From positions 96,001 through 160,000 of the forward strand of contig CAVYVF010000022.1 in assembly GCA_963771885.1 (NCBI GenBank): 64,000 bases of DNA, in the 5' to 3' direction. The notes beneath the pieces are model-generated. The model searched no databases and was not told where the DNA came from. It saw only the letters and a program-made list of their open reading frames with translations. Positions 30,879 through 41,034 of this stretch are shown in pieces (positions within the stretch are counted from its first letter, which is position 1; every line of letters begins with the position of its first letter). The position numbers were made by a program, and so were the translations under genes. This DNA comes from Candidatus Bathyarchaeota archaeon. GTDB lineage: Archaea > Thermoproteota > Bathyarchaeia > TCS64.

Positions 30879-31481
30879 TTGGTGACCCTGATGGGTGATC
30901 AATTCCTCGTTTTCACAGGTAGGCCTAACGCGGGTAAGAGTAGCATCATACGCGCCGTAACAGGCCTCAAGGTCGAGGTCGGCAAGGACCCCGGCACGAC
31001 GCAGAGAATAAACAGATACCCCATCGCTGAGGGGCTCACCCTCATAGACATGCCGGGCTACGGCAGGAGCCTACGCGGCGGCCGCGGAAAGGAGGAGGAA
31101 ACGAAAGACGACATACTCGACTTCCTCGAGCTCAACGCCGGAAGCATCGCCCTCGCCGTTCACGTCGTAAACATTAGTACGTTCCTCGAAACGGAAATGC
31201 GCCTCGCCAAGAAGGGATTCATACCCCTTGACGTGGAGATGGTCCACTTCCTCAAGCGCGACCTAGGCATAACCGTCCTCGTCGCGATGAACAAGATAGA
31301 CAAGGGGCCTCGCGACTACATAGAGGACAACGTCGAGGCACTGAAGGAGGGGCTTGGACCTAGCATCCCCATATTCCCCCTGAGCGCAAGGACAGACGAG
31401 GGCATCGGCGCGTTAAAGGAAGAAGTCAGGAAGAGACTGGGCATCAGGGGCTTCCAGAGCCCCTTCGAGCTCATCAGGTAG
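30879..31481 (+). CDS. engB: EngB-family GTP-binding protein
   Basis: GRPNAGKSS, DMPGYG, NKID, SA motifs. Confidence 0.88.
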   Translation: MVTLMGDQFLVFTGRPNAGKSSIIRAVTGLKVEVGKDPGTTQRINRYPIAEGLTLIDMPGYGRSLRGGRGKEEETKDDILDFLELNAGSIALAVHVVNISTFLETEMRLAKKGFIPLDVEMVHFLKRDLGITVLVAMNKIDKGPRDYIEDNVEALKEGLGPSIPIFPLSARTDEGIGALKEEVRKRLGIRGFQSPFELIR

Positions 31482-32465
31482 CTACTGCTCACAGCCAACT
31501 ACGCCGGCGGCGTCGACGCCGAAGCGCGCCTTATCCTCGGGTAGGTATGGAGAGTCTATTATCGTCGCGATACGTGTGTTCTCCTTGCCCTTCCTGAGGT
31601 AGACGCGGTGAGTGCAAGCATGCGCCATGACATGGCCACCCGTCGGCTTGTTTGGGTCGCCGTAGGAAGTATCAGGCTTGGCCTGCACCTGGTTTGTGAG
31701 AACTACGGCGAGGCTGAACGCCTCGGCTACTCGTAACAGCGAGGCTAGACACGAGCCTATCTTCTGCTGGCGGTCGCTCAGGGTACCCCTGCCGATGAAC
31801 TCGCCGCGGAAGTGGCCGATCATGGAGTCGACAATCACCAACTTGACGTTATGCTCCTGCACCACAACTGGGAGGTTCTTGATTAGGATGGTCTGGTGCT
31901 CGCTGTTGTAGGCGCGGGCGACGAGGACATTCTGGAGAATGGTGTTCGCGTCGTAGCCACGTGCCTCGGCTATCTGCTTGATGCGCTCGGGGAGGAAGGT
32001 CCCCTCGGTGTCAATGACACAGACCTTGCCGCCGAAGCCGCCCTGTTCGACGGGTTGCTGGGCGAGGACGCTGAGGGTGAAGCATATCTGGGTCTTGCCG
32101 CTACCGAATTCGCCGATGAGTTCGGTTATGGCGTCTGTCTCTATGCCTCCACCGAGTATTTTGTTGAGGTCGGGGCTGCCCGTGTTGCACTTCATCATGT
32201 GCATTCTCTTTTCGAGGACCTCAGTAGCGGGGATGAAGCCGAGGTCTACCTTACCGCGTGCAAGTTGATTGACCTTCTGTGCGGTGTCCGCACCCATACC
32301 CGTGAGCTCCTCTATCTCGCGGCTGGGAGTGATGGCTATGGATTCGTAGGTGCTGAGTCCGGCCTTCCTCAGCTTAGCCATTGTGGAGCTTGATACGCCG
32401 TCTAGTTCTATCGGGTCTTGCTTCGCGACGTCCTCGGCCATCTTGATCGTTTCGGTTGGGTCCAC
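31482..32465 (-). CDS. radA: DNA recombinase RadA (or close paralogue)
   Basis: N-terminal HhH domain, FxxA motif, GEFGSGKTQ, IDTEGTF, TNQV, GGHVMAH. Confidence 0.93.
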   Translation of the reverse strand: MDPTETIKMAEDVAKQDPIELDGVSSSTMAKLRKAGLSTYESIAITPSREIEELTGMGADTAQKVNQLARGKVDLGFIPATEVLEKRMHMMKCNTGSPDLNKILGGGIETDAITELIGEFGSGKTQICFTLSVLAQQPVEQGGFGGKVCVIDTEGTFLPERIKQIAEARGYDANTILQNVLVARAYNSEHQTILIKNLPVVVQEHNVKLVIVDSMIGHFRGEFIGRGTLSDRQQKIGSCLASLLRVAEAFSLAVVLTNQVQAKPDTSYGDPNKPTGGHVMAHACTHRVYLRKGKENTRIATIIDSPYLPEDKARFGVDAAGVVGCEQ

Positions 32466-32519
32466 TTTCGCTTATAACGCGTGCGCACATGTAGCGATGG
32501 GGGAGTCGGGTGAAAGTGG

Positions 32520-33314
32520 CTAGGCGGAGAGGAAGCCTCCATCCACCGCCAGCAGCGCACCTGTGACGTAGCTTGATAGGTCTAAGGCGAGGAATAACGT
32601 GGCACGTGCCACCTCATCAGGTTCGCCGAGTCGCGCCATAGGTATTCGCGTGAGAAAGTCATACCCTGTCTTGGCGAGGCCTATGTTTCCCTTAAAGAAC
32701 TCCGTCGCGGCGCCCTTCGTACCCTGGGTTACTATACCCCCGGGTAGTAGACAGTTTATGCGAAAGCCCTTATCCCCGAAGTCGCGTGCGAGGCTCCGGG
32801 TGAGGCCGATGACACCTGCCTTGGAGGTGTCATAGTGGACCATGCCCTTTTTGAAGGGGAGTATCGCCTCGATGCTGGCGACGTTTATGATGACGCCACC
32901 CCTCCTCTTTCGGGCTTCTACCATACGTTGGCACATCCAGAGGACGGATTCTAAATTGATAGCGTAGACCTTCTGGAAGAACTCCTCGTCAATGTCCAGG
33001 AAGTCCTTGAAGGGATAGATGCCCGCGTTGTTGACGAGGGTGTCAGGCTCGCTGCCCTTGAGGTCATTCCAGAGGGCGTCTATCTCGGGTTTCTTTGAGA
33101 GGTCGACCCTCCTCGGTTCGACGTCACCTCCCCACCGCTTCAAATCGGCGCACGTCTCGCCCAACTTCTTAGCGTCAACGTCGACGATTACAAGGTCAGC
33201 GCCTGCCTCCGCGAAGCGGCTGGCCATCGCCTTCCCTATTCCAGCTGCGGAACCGGTAATGAGGGCGCGACGCCCTTTTAAAGAGACGAGTTCACTGAGC
33301 GACTTGTCCGCCAA
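32520..33314 (-). CDS. Short-chain dehydrogenase/reductase
   Basis: TGSAAGIG, NNAGI, YDTSK. Confidence 0.95.
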   Translation of the reverse strand: MADKSLSELVSLKGRRALITGSAAGIGKAMASRFAEAGADLVIVDVDAKKLGETCADLKRWGGDVEPRRVDLSKKPEIDALWNDLKGSEPDTLVNNAGIYPFKDFLDIDEEFFQKVYAINLESVLWMCQRMVEARKRRGGVIINVASIEAILPFKKGMVHYDTSKAGVIGLTRSLARDFGDKGFRINCLLPGGIVTQGTKGAATEFFKGNIGLAKTGYDFLTRIPMARLGEPDEVARATLFLALDLSSYVTGALLAVDGGFLSA

Positions 33315-33418
33315 CGCACATCACCCCACAGATGCGTAGCTGAATCTTCAATGTTTCTCTAAAGATGCGGTACGTGCCCGATAACCCCATATAAATCCGA
33401 AATACATCACAAACACAT

Positions 33419-33787
33419 ATGTCATACCTCGACCATTGCGGAGTCTACGTAAAAGACCTCGAGAATAGCCTAGCATTCTACAAAGAAATATTCGGCTGGA
33501 AGGAGAAAACGCGTTGGACAAGCGGGGAGGCAAAGATCGCCGTCCTCGATATGGGCAAGGGGTTAATGGAGCTGGTGCAGCGCCCCGGATCACCGGGGGC
33601 ACCCCCAGGGGGTAATTGGACGCACCTCGCAATACACGTCCCCGACTTCACCGACAAGGTCAAAAAGCTCGAGGCAAAGGGACTCGAGTTACGCAAGGTC
33701 ACTATGAGTGAAGGCGCGCACATCGCCTTCTTCAAGGACCCCGACGGGCACACCGTCGAGATCATGGAGAAGGGACTCAGCCTCTAG
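33419..33787 (+). CDS. VOC/glyoxalase family protein
   Basis: DHCGVYVKDLE..FY, THLAI, FFKDPDGHTVE. Confidence 0.9.
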   Translation: MSYLDHCGVYVKDLENSLAFYKEIFGWKEKTRWTSGEAKIAVLDMGKGLMELVQRPGSPGAPPGGNWTHLAIHVPDFTDKVKKLEAKGLELRKVTMSEGAHIAFFKDPDGHTVEIMEKGLSL

Positions 33788-33827
33788 CCCCAAACCTATT
33801 TCTCCCACCCAGACCATCCTTCATACG

Positions 33828-34049
33828 ATGTCCACCTCTATTCGATGCGCTAAATGCGGAAAGCTAAACCCCATCACACCCACCGAGGCGGCGAAGGAGC
33901 ACACATGCGTGTTCTGCGGCGCTATCATACCACCACAAGCGACAGCCATACACGAGGACGCCACGAAAGACAAGGGACCCAGACGCTTCCCGCTCGCCCA
34001 GTCCGAGGTAAAGCCGGTGAACAAGAACCAGCGCAAACCAATGTTCTAG
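33828..34049 (+). CDS. Small zinc-ribbon protein
   Basis: CAKCG..CVFCG. Confidence 0.6.
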   Translation: MSTSIRCAKCGKLNPITPTEAAKEHTCVFCGAIIPPQATAIHEDATKDKGPRRFPLAQSEVKPVNKNQRKPMF

Positions 34050-34117
34050 TTGGGGAAGGGTTATCTGACAACCGGACCACTCAATATACATGCCGGGGAC
34101 CAAAGTTAGAGGCGCAG

Positions 34118-34717
34118 ATGAAGCAAGATATACCACGCCTCGCCGAGGTCCTATCCCTAGCGTTCTACGACGACCCCACAATGAGGTGGGCGACACGCGA
34201 GGACGAACGCCGCCTCCCCGCCCTCATCGACCTATACAAATACTGCCTCGAGAGCGACCTGAAGTGGGGCGGCGTAACAACCACCAAGGACCTGCAAGCC
34301 TGCGCCGTCTGGCTACCCCCAGAATCCATGTTGGAAAACCCTCCACCACTCTACACTCTGCGCATGCTCCCCCGTTACATGAACTGGTGCGGAGTTGCCA
34401 AACTCGGGAGATGGCTCAAATTCGGCGAGTTATGCGAGGCTAAGCGACCCAAGACCCGACACCACTACCTCGACTTCATAGGAGTCCATCCCGACAAACA
34501 AGGTAAGGGGTACGCTTCAGCACTCCTCCACCACACCCTAAAAGCCCTTGACTCACGGGGCGAATCCGCCTACTTAGAGTCCAGCAACGCTAGAAACAAC
34601 CCCCTCTATCACCGCCATGGCTTCCAGACTACAGACGAAATACATCTCCCAGACGGTCCAACACTATGGTGTATGTGGCGAAAACCACAAAACAACGCAA
34701 CATGCAACACTATCTAA
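34118..34717 (+). CDS. GNAT N-acetyltransferase
   Basis: YLDFIGVHPDKQGKGYA, AYLESSN..LYHRHGF; true start may be 34090 via a frameshift. Confidence 0.9.
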   Translation: MKQDIPRLAEVLSLAFYDDPTMRWATREDERRLPALIDLYKYCLESDLKWGGVTTTKDLQACAVWLPPESMLENPPPLYTLRMLPRYMNWCGVAKLGRWLKFGELCEAKRPKTRHHYLDFIGVHPDKQGKGYASALLHHTLKALDSRGESAYLESSNARNNPLYHRHGFQTTDEIHLPDGPTLWCMWRKPQNNATCNTI

Positions 34718-34980
34718 ATCCAACCAAAAAAATCCAGAAAATAAGTCATATAACAGACTTAAAATGGAAATACGGCGATATATAACATCCGTTTGAAGAG
34801 AATATTTTTCGACATAGGTGCTGCGGAGTTGTAAAAATGGCGACCCGTTGCAAGTAAAATTGACACGTTTTAAACGACATAACCGAAAAGAAGCGCTAAA
34901 ATCGCCTAATTTCAAATAGATTATTAACCTAATCCACTATCCAACCGAAAAAAACCATCGAACAAGAATATCTAGGGGAT

Positions 34981-35592
34981 GTGACACCCGTTAAGCAGAT
35001 GTCCGCCGCGCCCACCTTCACCAATGCGACAGCAACGGCCCAGACTAAGCTGCGCCAGACGATCGACCCCGCCTGCACGCTAAAAGTCCACAAGTCGCTT
35101 AACGAGGACCTGATAGAGACGATCCTAAGGGTGGATGCCTACAAGTTCAGGCAAGAGCTCCGCTATAGGCGCGAGGAGGTAATCGAGCATAGCGGCAATC
35201 CCGGGTTCATACTCATCACAGTGGAGACAAACGGGCAACCCCTCGGCATCGTCTACGGATACGACGAGCCCGACGGCGGATTCTTCCTCGACACACTCGC
35301 TAGCATGGTCGAGGGGAAAGGCATCGGGCACACACTTGCAACCCTCATTACCATTCACGCCAAGAACCTCGCCCACAGCCACGTCACCCTATACACAGAG
35401 GAGGAGGACGAGCAGGGACGGAAGCTCAGACAGTTCTACCAGAAGATGGGCTTCGTCTACCTCGGCACGGAGGTGGAGAAGGGCGACGTGATGGTCCTTC
35501 AACTAAATAATAGCCTCATTAAGAGGCTCTACAACCGGTACATTGCGGGAGAATATGCCCAGCCTCTAGTACCTGTCCCCATCTCTGCCTAA
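34981..35592 (+). CDS. GNAT N-acetyltransferase
   Basis: EGKGIGHTL, FYQKMGF. Confidence 0.8.
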   Translation: MTPVKQMSAAPTFTNATATAQTKLRQTIDPACTLKVHKSLNEDLIETILRVDAYKFRQELRYRREEVIEHSGNPGFILITVETNGQPLGIVYGYDEPDGGFFLDTLASMVEGKGIGHTLATLITIHAKNLAHSHVTLYTEEEDEQGRKLRQFYQKMGFVYLGTEVEKGDVMVLQLNNSLIKRLYNRYIAGEYAQPLVPVPISA

Positions 35593-35625
35593 AGTAAATT
35601 ATACTCACCTGCCCCAGCAATTACA

Positions 35626-36258
35626 ATGCAGACACTCAGAGGAATCTACACAATAGACAACTCCGAGAAGAAGAATCACGGCATGGAGTGCTGGGCACTC
35701 GACTGCGCTGAGGGCGTCGTCCTCGTCGACGGCGGGATGACTCCTCAGCACATCGACAACATCGCTGCCGAATTAAAGGCGATGAAGAGGACGTGGGGAG
35801 ACGTCAGGCTAATACTCGTCACTCACAAACATGGAGACCACACCAAGAACCTTCCCCAGCTCAAGAAGCTAACAGGTGCCCCAATCAAGGCACACAGACT
35901 CGAGGCGCCTCTTATCGAGAAGGCTGTCGGCGTCGAAGTGCAGCCACTCGAGGATGGTGCCGTACTCCCCTACTGCGGTGGAATCCAGCTCATCTGGGTC
36001 CCAGGCCACAGTGAGGGAAACTCCAGCTACTACCTCAAGAACCAGAATGCGATTATCGCCGGGGATACCATCTTTGGCGACGAGAACAGCAACCTGATCA
36101 CACCCCCGGAAAAGTACTGCCTTGACGCCAATCAGGCGGCGAAGGAGATAGATCGCCTCCTGAAGTACGACTTCGACAACCTCCTCTACGCACACGGCAA
36201 GGACATCATAGGCGGCGCCAAGAAGAAGGTCGAGGAGCTGGTAGCCAGAACCCGTTAG
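35626..36258 (+). CDS. Metallo-beta-lactamase-fold hydrolase
   Basis: THKHGDH, PGHS, AGD, AHG. Confidence 0.9.
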   Translation: MQTLRGIYTIDNSEKKNHGMECWALDCAEGVVLVDGGMTPQHIDNIAAELKAMKRTWGDVRLILVTHKHGDHTKNLPQLKKLTGAPIKAHRLEAPLIEKAVGVEVQPLEDGAVLPYCGGIQLIWVPGHSEGNSSYYLKNQNAIIAGDTIFGDENSNLITPPEKYCLDANQAAKEIDRLLKYDFDNLLYAHGKDIIGGAKKKVEELVARTR

Positions 36259-37082
36259 TAGACGACCCTTACGGGTATAGCGCGATCCTCGCAGAGCCTC
36301 ACGACGCGCGCCTTAAGGTCCTTGTAATACTGGGACTCCGCCTTCAGCGCCGACTCAAAAATCAGTCTAAGATCCGGGTAATAGGTATCCAATACCCCCC
36401 GGATATCTGGCATGTTCCCGCACTTGATGTTCAGTCGATCTACAAGCAGCCTACCGACTCTGTCCACTAGCACGTTCAGCAACTCCCCCAAGCGGTCATC
36501 GCTCAGGTAGGGTAGCATTGGACCCAGAAAGGCATATGTCGGTATCCCCTCGTCGCTCAACTTTTTCAAAGCCTCAAGCCGAGCAGGGATCGGCGACGCA
36601 CCCGGCTCGAAGACCCTCCTCACCCCATCGTCCAATGAGGTGATGGTCAACCCGACCTCCACATCGTCAAACCTCTTGAAAAGATCAATGTCACGGAGGA
36701 CAAGGTCGCTCTTTGTCAGGATATCGACGCCATAACCATACTCAAGTAGGACCTCCAGGCACCGCCGCGTTAGTCTCCGTTCCCTTTCCAGAGGCTGATA
36801 GGCATCCGTGACACTGCTCAATATCACCCTGCCCCTCGGCTTCTTCGGGGCTTCATTTCTTAGCACATCTACCGCATTCACCTTGATGTCCACAAAGCTG
36901 CCCCACGCCTCCCCGGGGTGACCCATCCTCCTCATGAAGCGTGCGTAGCAGTACGCGCAGGCGTGACTGCACCCGAGATAGGGGTTCACGGCATAATCCA
37001 TGCCTCCGATGCCGCTCTTACCCAGGATGCCCTTGCACCTAACCTCCCCTATCTCCATACAATCACCCCAGCCATCCGGCAA
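36255..37082 (-). CDS. Radical SAM protein, spore-photoproduct-lyase-like family
   Basis: NPYLGCSHACAYCYA, SSVTDAYQPLE, LTKSDLVLRD, FEPGA. Confidence 0.9.
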   Translation of the reverse strand: MPDGWGDCMEIGEVRCKGILGKSGIGGMDYAVNPYLGCSHACAYCYARFMRRMGHPGEAWGSFVDIKVNAVDVLRNEAPKKPRGRVILSSVTDAYQPLERERRLTRRCLEVLLEYGYGVDILTKSDLVLRDIDLFKRFDDVEVGLTITSLDDGVRRVFEPGASPIPARLEALKKLSDEGIPTYAFLGPMLPYLSDDRLGELLNVLVDRVGRLLVDRLNIKCGNMPDIRGVLDTYYPDLRLIFESALKAESQYYKDLKARVVRLCEDRAIPVRVVY

Positions 37083-37139
37083 CCTATATATAATCCGTTG
37101 GGAAGAGTTGAAACAACAACAGCGCGAAAGTGAACAACC

Positions 37140-37604
37140 ATGAAGGTACTAATCATCTACGACAGCAAGACAGGTAACACCGAGAAGATGGCGACCGCCG
37201 TCGCCGAAGGAGCCAAGGAGGCAGGCGCCGAGGTCACAGTCAAGAAGATCGGTGAGCCATTCCCCCTCACACTGCTCGAGGAGAGTGACGGAGTCGCCTT
37301 CGGCAGCCCGACGCGATACGCTGACGTCACGAACGACATGAAAGACTTCCTCAGCCACGTTGAGGACTATGTAAAGATTGGCAAGATGAAGATGAAGGGC
37401 CGGAAAGCGGCAGTCTTCGGAAGCTATGGATACGACGGCGCCTGGGTCATGGAGGACCGCTTAAGAGGCTACATCGAAGCTCTCGGCTACAAGGTTGCCC
37501 CCAAGGTCTGCGTCAAAGTCGACATAGAGATAAAGACGAGGCAAAAGGAGGCCCTCGCCGAGTGCAAGACCTGGGGCAAGGACTTCGCAAAGACGCTCAA
37601 GTAG
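37140..37604 (+). CDS. Flavodoxin
   Basis: YDSKTGNTEKMA, FGSPT, FGSYG. Confidence 0.92.
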   Translation: MKVLIIYDSKTGNTEKMATAVAEGAKEAGAEVTVKKIGEPFPLTLLEESDGVAFGSPTRYADVTNDMKDFLSHVEDYVKIGKMKMKGRKAAVFGSYGYDGAWVMEDRLRGYIEALGYKVAPKVCVKVDIEIKTRQKEALAECKTWGKDFAKTLK

Positions 37605-38403
37605 CCCCGATACGCCGCCGTAGATCCTCTTCTATCACATCTCTCTCATCAGGCGCGTCGCGCCACCTCTTATCGAGGCTACGCCTCTCATCAGCGGATA
37701 TCACATAGTTACTACGCGCCTTGTTTAAGAGCTCGATAAAGTCTCGGTACCGGCTTGAAGTGGCAACGGGCTTTGAAATCCGAGAATGGATCATCTCCCG
37801 CTGCGTCTTGATAGTTGAAGCGACCTCGATGACTCGCCTCATCTGCGTGAGCGCCTCACGACACTCGTCCCCCACCTTGACCTGAACGAATAGGAGGGAG
37901 AGCATCGTAGTTGCCGGAGCCTCGTACACGCTCCTGCCATCGACGGCCCTCCTACCACCCGCCCTGATCACCTCGGCCTCCTCAACTAATAGCCTAAGCA
38001 CAGACGCGTCGACCCTGCTCGCAACATACTTCTTTATGACGGAGAAGCCCTCCTCCCGGAACCCACGCCGAGATAAGCGGGTCTCGAAGGCTACCGGAAG
38101 CATCCTCATCGAGTCAGCGAAGGCACGCTGTGCCTCCGACTGTGTTGGGTGGAAGAGATTCTTGAGGTGCCTAAGCGAAGCAGCATCGCCGTAGACGAGA
38201 GCAAGGCGGATAACCTCGTCACCTAGCCCAAGCTCGATAGTGGGGAGGGGACGGGGCTCAGCGTCGGTGTTGGCAATCGGGACACTCATCTGGTCATCGG
38301 ACACGTACTCCATAACTGCCTGATCATCGAGTGAGGCAACCAGCTTACCTAGAGTCGACTGGATTACCCGATAATAGGGGAGAAAACGCGCCTTTGTAAT
38401 CAA
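37597..38403 (-). CDS. Hypothetical protein
   Basis: 268 aa ORF, host-like codon usage, divergent from the nrdD-like gene. Confidence 0.65.
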   Translation of the reverse strand: MITKARFLPYYRVIQSTLGKLVASLDDQAVMEYVSDDQMSVPIANTDAEPRPLPTIELGLGDEVIRLALVYGDAASLRHLKNLFHPTQSEAQRAFADSMRMLPVAFETRLSRRGFREEGFSVIKKYVASRVDASVLRLLVEEAEVIRAGGRRAVDGRSVYEAPATTMLSLLFVQVKVGDECREALTQMRRVIEVASTIKTQREMIHSRISKPVATSSRYRDFIELLNKARSNYVISADERRSLDKRWRDAPDERDVIEEDLRRRIGAT

Positions 38404-38518
38404 GAAGAATCGAGCGAGATAAGAGATCCCTATCTAATCAACACTTCTATAGGATTATGGACTCGGATTCCTAGAACCTTTTTTCACTAGCTATAAATCT
38501 GCGGGGACGTAAGGGGGT

Positions 38519-39835
38519 GTGGTCGTCATGGCTTCTGGGGTTGCCTATGGTTCGAGGGTTGAGGATGCCCATAAGTCGGGTGACCTCCATGTGCACGGTA
38601 TGGGTGAGGCTGGGGGCTACTGGGCTTCCTGGGACTCCTCCGCCGTGGGGAAACGAGGCGATGTCGCAATCTTCGTCTCGAAGGCGGCGCGCGAGTGGCA
38701 AGGCTTCCAGAGGCTCACGGGATTTGAGTCACTCATTAAAGGAAGAGTCGAGTCGGTCATGCGACTCGTGGAAGGAGGCACGAAAGTCTTCCTCGAGTTC
38801 GATAAGCAGACCCGAGAAGAATCACCTGAGAAAGTTCTATCACTTCTCCAATCCATGAACACGAGGCTCGTCCTCCCGTTGATCGCGTTCACGGACGAGT
38901 ACGACTGGGAGACGACAAACGATCTAACCGCATTCGACGCCGTGAACACACTATGTTCACCCGTATTTATCCACAGGGGGGAAGAAGCAAAGGTCTTTGA
39001 GCCCTGGTCGGGTGGCTTAGCGTCTGAAACAAGCACCGGTGTGCTTGGTATGGTCACGCTTAACCTTCCTCGGGCGGCTTATGAATCAGGGAACGAGAAT
39101 GAGTTTTATGGTCGAGTCGGTGACTTGACGAGGCTGGCGATCGAGGGTCTCGAGGCTAAGCGCTCCAGGCTCGAAGAGGAGCTCAGGGAGGGGAAGTTGC
39201 CGGCGACGTCCTCAATGGTCGACTCGTTGGATGGTTTCTCCTGCGCCGTTGGAGTCGTCGGGGTGAACGAGGCGCTTCAAAACCTCGTCAACAGGGGCAT
39301 AGGCTCGATGCAGGGGAAGGTAATCGCATACAGAACCCTCGAGTTGATACGAGGAATAATCAAGGAGAGGGGTGAGGTGACGGGCCACAGCTTCTGCCTC
39401 GCCGCCGAGCCCTCGGACGGGGCAGCTTACCGCTTGGCGGAGCTGGATAGGGCGAAGTACCCGGAGATCAAGACGGCGGGAGTGGAAGCGCCGTTCTACA
39501 CGGCTTCAACTTGCTTACCCGTAGACTACAATGATGACCTCTGGGACGCGCTTGAGCATCAAAAGAAGCTGCAGACCCTCTACACGGGGGGCACACAGTT
39601 CAATATCGTCGTGGGTAGGAAATTAGCCGACGCTCGGGGCTGTAAATTGCTCGCGAGGAAGATAGTGGAGAAGGTCGGTTTACCCTGTTTCGCTTTCAGC
39701 CCCCCCGTTTCGGTGGAGGGAGTAGGCAGATTTGAGAGGAATGGATACTGGTATAAACCGGTCTCCGAGATGGGGGCTGGTGAGATTGAGGAGGTGCGGA
39801 TACGCAGACCCTTCGCCGTAGCAAGCGGGTGGTGA
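38519..39835 (+). CDS. Class III ribonucleotide reductase (NrdD)-like protein, shortened and lacking catalytic motifs
   Basis: AHKSGDLHVH, GMVTLNLPR, AEPSDGAAYRLA, LQTLYTGGT resemble NrdD; catalytic Cys, Zn site and glycyl motif altered. Confidence 0.85.
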   Translation: MVVMASGVAYGSRVEDAHKSGDLHVHGMGEAGGYWASWDSSAVGKRGDVAIFVSKAAREWQGFQRLTGFESLIKGRVESVMRLVEGGTKVFLEFDKQTREESPEKVLSLLQSMNTRLVLPLIAFTDEYDWETTNDLTAFDAVNTLCSPVFIHRGEEAKVFEPWSGGLASETSTGVLGMVTLNLPRAAYESGNENEFYGRVGDLTRLAIEGLEAKRSRLEEELREGKLPATSSMVDSLDGFSCAVGVVGVNEALQNLVNRGIGSMQGKVIAYRTLELIRGIIKERGEVTGHSFCLAAEPSDGAAYRLAELDRAKYPEIKTAGVEAPFYTASTCLPVDYNDDLWDALEHQKKLQTLYTGGTQFNIVVGRKLADARGCKLLARKIVEKVGLPCFAFSPPVSVEGVGRFERNGYWYKPVSEMGAGEIEEVRIRRPFAVASGW

Positions 39836-40536
39836 GCCAGGGGCTCCCCATCGTGGGGATTGAGAGGCTGAGTCTCAGCGACTACCCGGGTAAGCTATGC
39901 GCCAAACTCATCGTGCCGGGGTGCAACTTCAGGTGCCCCTACTGCTCGGAGTCTGAGCTCATCTTCGACTTCATACCCATGCCCAAGGTCACCGAGGACG
40001 AGGTGATAGCGTTCCTGCATCCGCGGCTCGGGTTCCTCGACGGCGTATGCCTAACGGGGGGCGAACCGACAATCCACCGCGAATTGCCTTCCTTCCTAGA
40101 GAGGCTCAAGTCGATAGGCAGCCTCGTTAAACTGGATACCAACGGTTCGCACACGAGGAGGCTCGGGCACGTCATCGGTAGGAAGCTCGTGGACTATGTG
40201 GCGATGGATGTTAAGGTGCCCCTGAAGAGGTATGTCGAGGCAGTCGGCTACAGGATAACAGCCGAGGAGCTCCTCGACAGCATTCAGCTCATCAGGAGGA
40301 GCGGAGCCGACTACGAGTTCAGAACAACTGTAGTCCCCGGTATAGTCGACGGGCGTGACCTATTGGAGATCGTGGGGACCCTCGCCGGGTCGAAGAGGTA
40401 CGTTCTGCAGGGGTTCAAGCCGGGGTCGACACTTTCGAAAGAGTGCAGCCTCGTGGAGCCATACAGTGATACGGAGATGAGGCAGTTCGTGGACCTCGTC
40501 TCACCCTATTTCGCAGAAGTAATTCTCAGAATTTAG
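39829..40536 (+). CDS. nrdG: Anaerobic RNR activating protein (radical SAM)
   Basis: SLSDYPGK, GCNFRCPYC, TGGEPT, KLDTNG, YEFRTTVVP. Confidence 0.92.
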   Translation: MVSQGLPIVGIERLSLSDYPGKLCAKLIVPGCNFRCPYCSESELIFDFIPMPKVTEDEVIAFLHPRLGFLDGVCLTGGEPTIHRELPSFLERLKSIGSLVKLDTNGSHTRRLGHVIGRKLVDYVAMDVKVPLKRYVEAVGYRITAEELLDSIQLIRRSGADYEFRTTVVPGIVDGRDLLEIVGTLAGSKRYVLQGFKPGSTLSKECSLVEPYSDTEMRQFVDLVSPYFAEVILRI

Positions 40537-40542
40537 CATACT

Positions 40543-41001
40543 CTAATTGTTTTCGCGGAGGATTTCGAGCGTCTTAGCGGCGGTCCAGTCAACATATTCG
40601 TCACAGTGTGACTCTCCACGCGCCCTGAGCTCCTCACCACGCTTCGCCCTCTCCTCGGGAGTGCATCCCTGGCAACCGAGGAGGTTCCTGCAGACGCAAC
40701 TGCCCCATCGGGTCTCGAAGTCCCTGATGAGCCCCTGGGTGATCTTGCGTTCCTTGACACGTCGCTCGTCGAAGGTTTGGGGAGTCTCGTCGCCTTCCGT
40801 CCCGTGTACGAGCCCGATTGCGATCGCACCTCCGAGCACAGCGCCGCAGATGTCGCCCCAGCCAGCGATGCCTCCGCCGAGGTTGGAGGCTAGTCTCATC
40901 GTCGAGTCGCCGAAGCCGGGGAGGGGGCGTTCCTCGGTGACCTTGAGTAGGACGCTCTCGCAGCAGTTGAAGCGTAGACCTTTCTTGACTATCATGGGCA
41001 T
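40543..41001 (-). CDS. C-GCAxxG-C-C family redox protein
   Basis: FNCCESV, ICGAVLG, CRNLLG, C-terminal Cys. Confidence 0.88.
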   Translation of the reverse strand: MPMIVKKGLRFNCCESVLLKVTEERPLPGFGDSTMRLASNLGGGIAGWGDICGAVLGGAIAIGLVHGTEGDETPQTFDERRVKERKITQGLIRDFETRWGSCVCRNLLGCQGCTPEERAKRGEELRARGESHCDEYVDWTAAKTLEILRENN

Positions 41002-41034
41002 CTACACCTTCGCATGGTGGAAAAGGTTGGCGGT

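Noticed and set aside
34720..34980. AT-rich intergenic stretch with phased A-tracts
   Set aside because: No repeat, structure or ORF beyond generic promoter-like composition.
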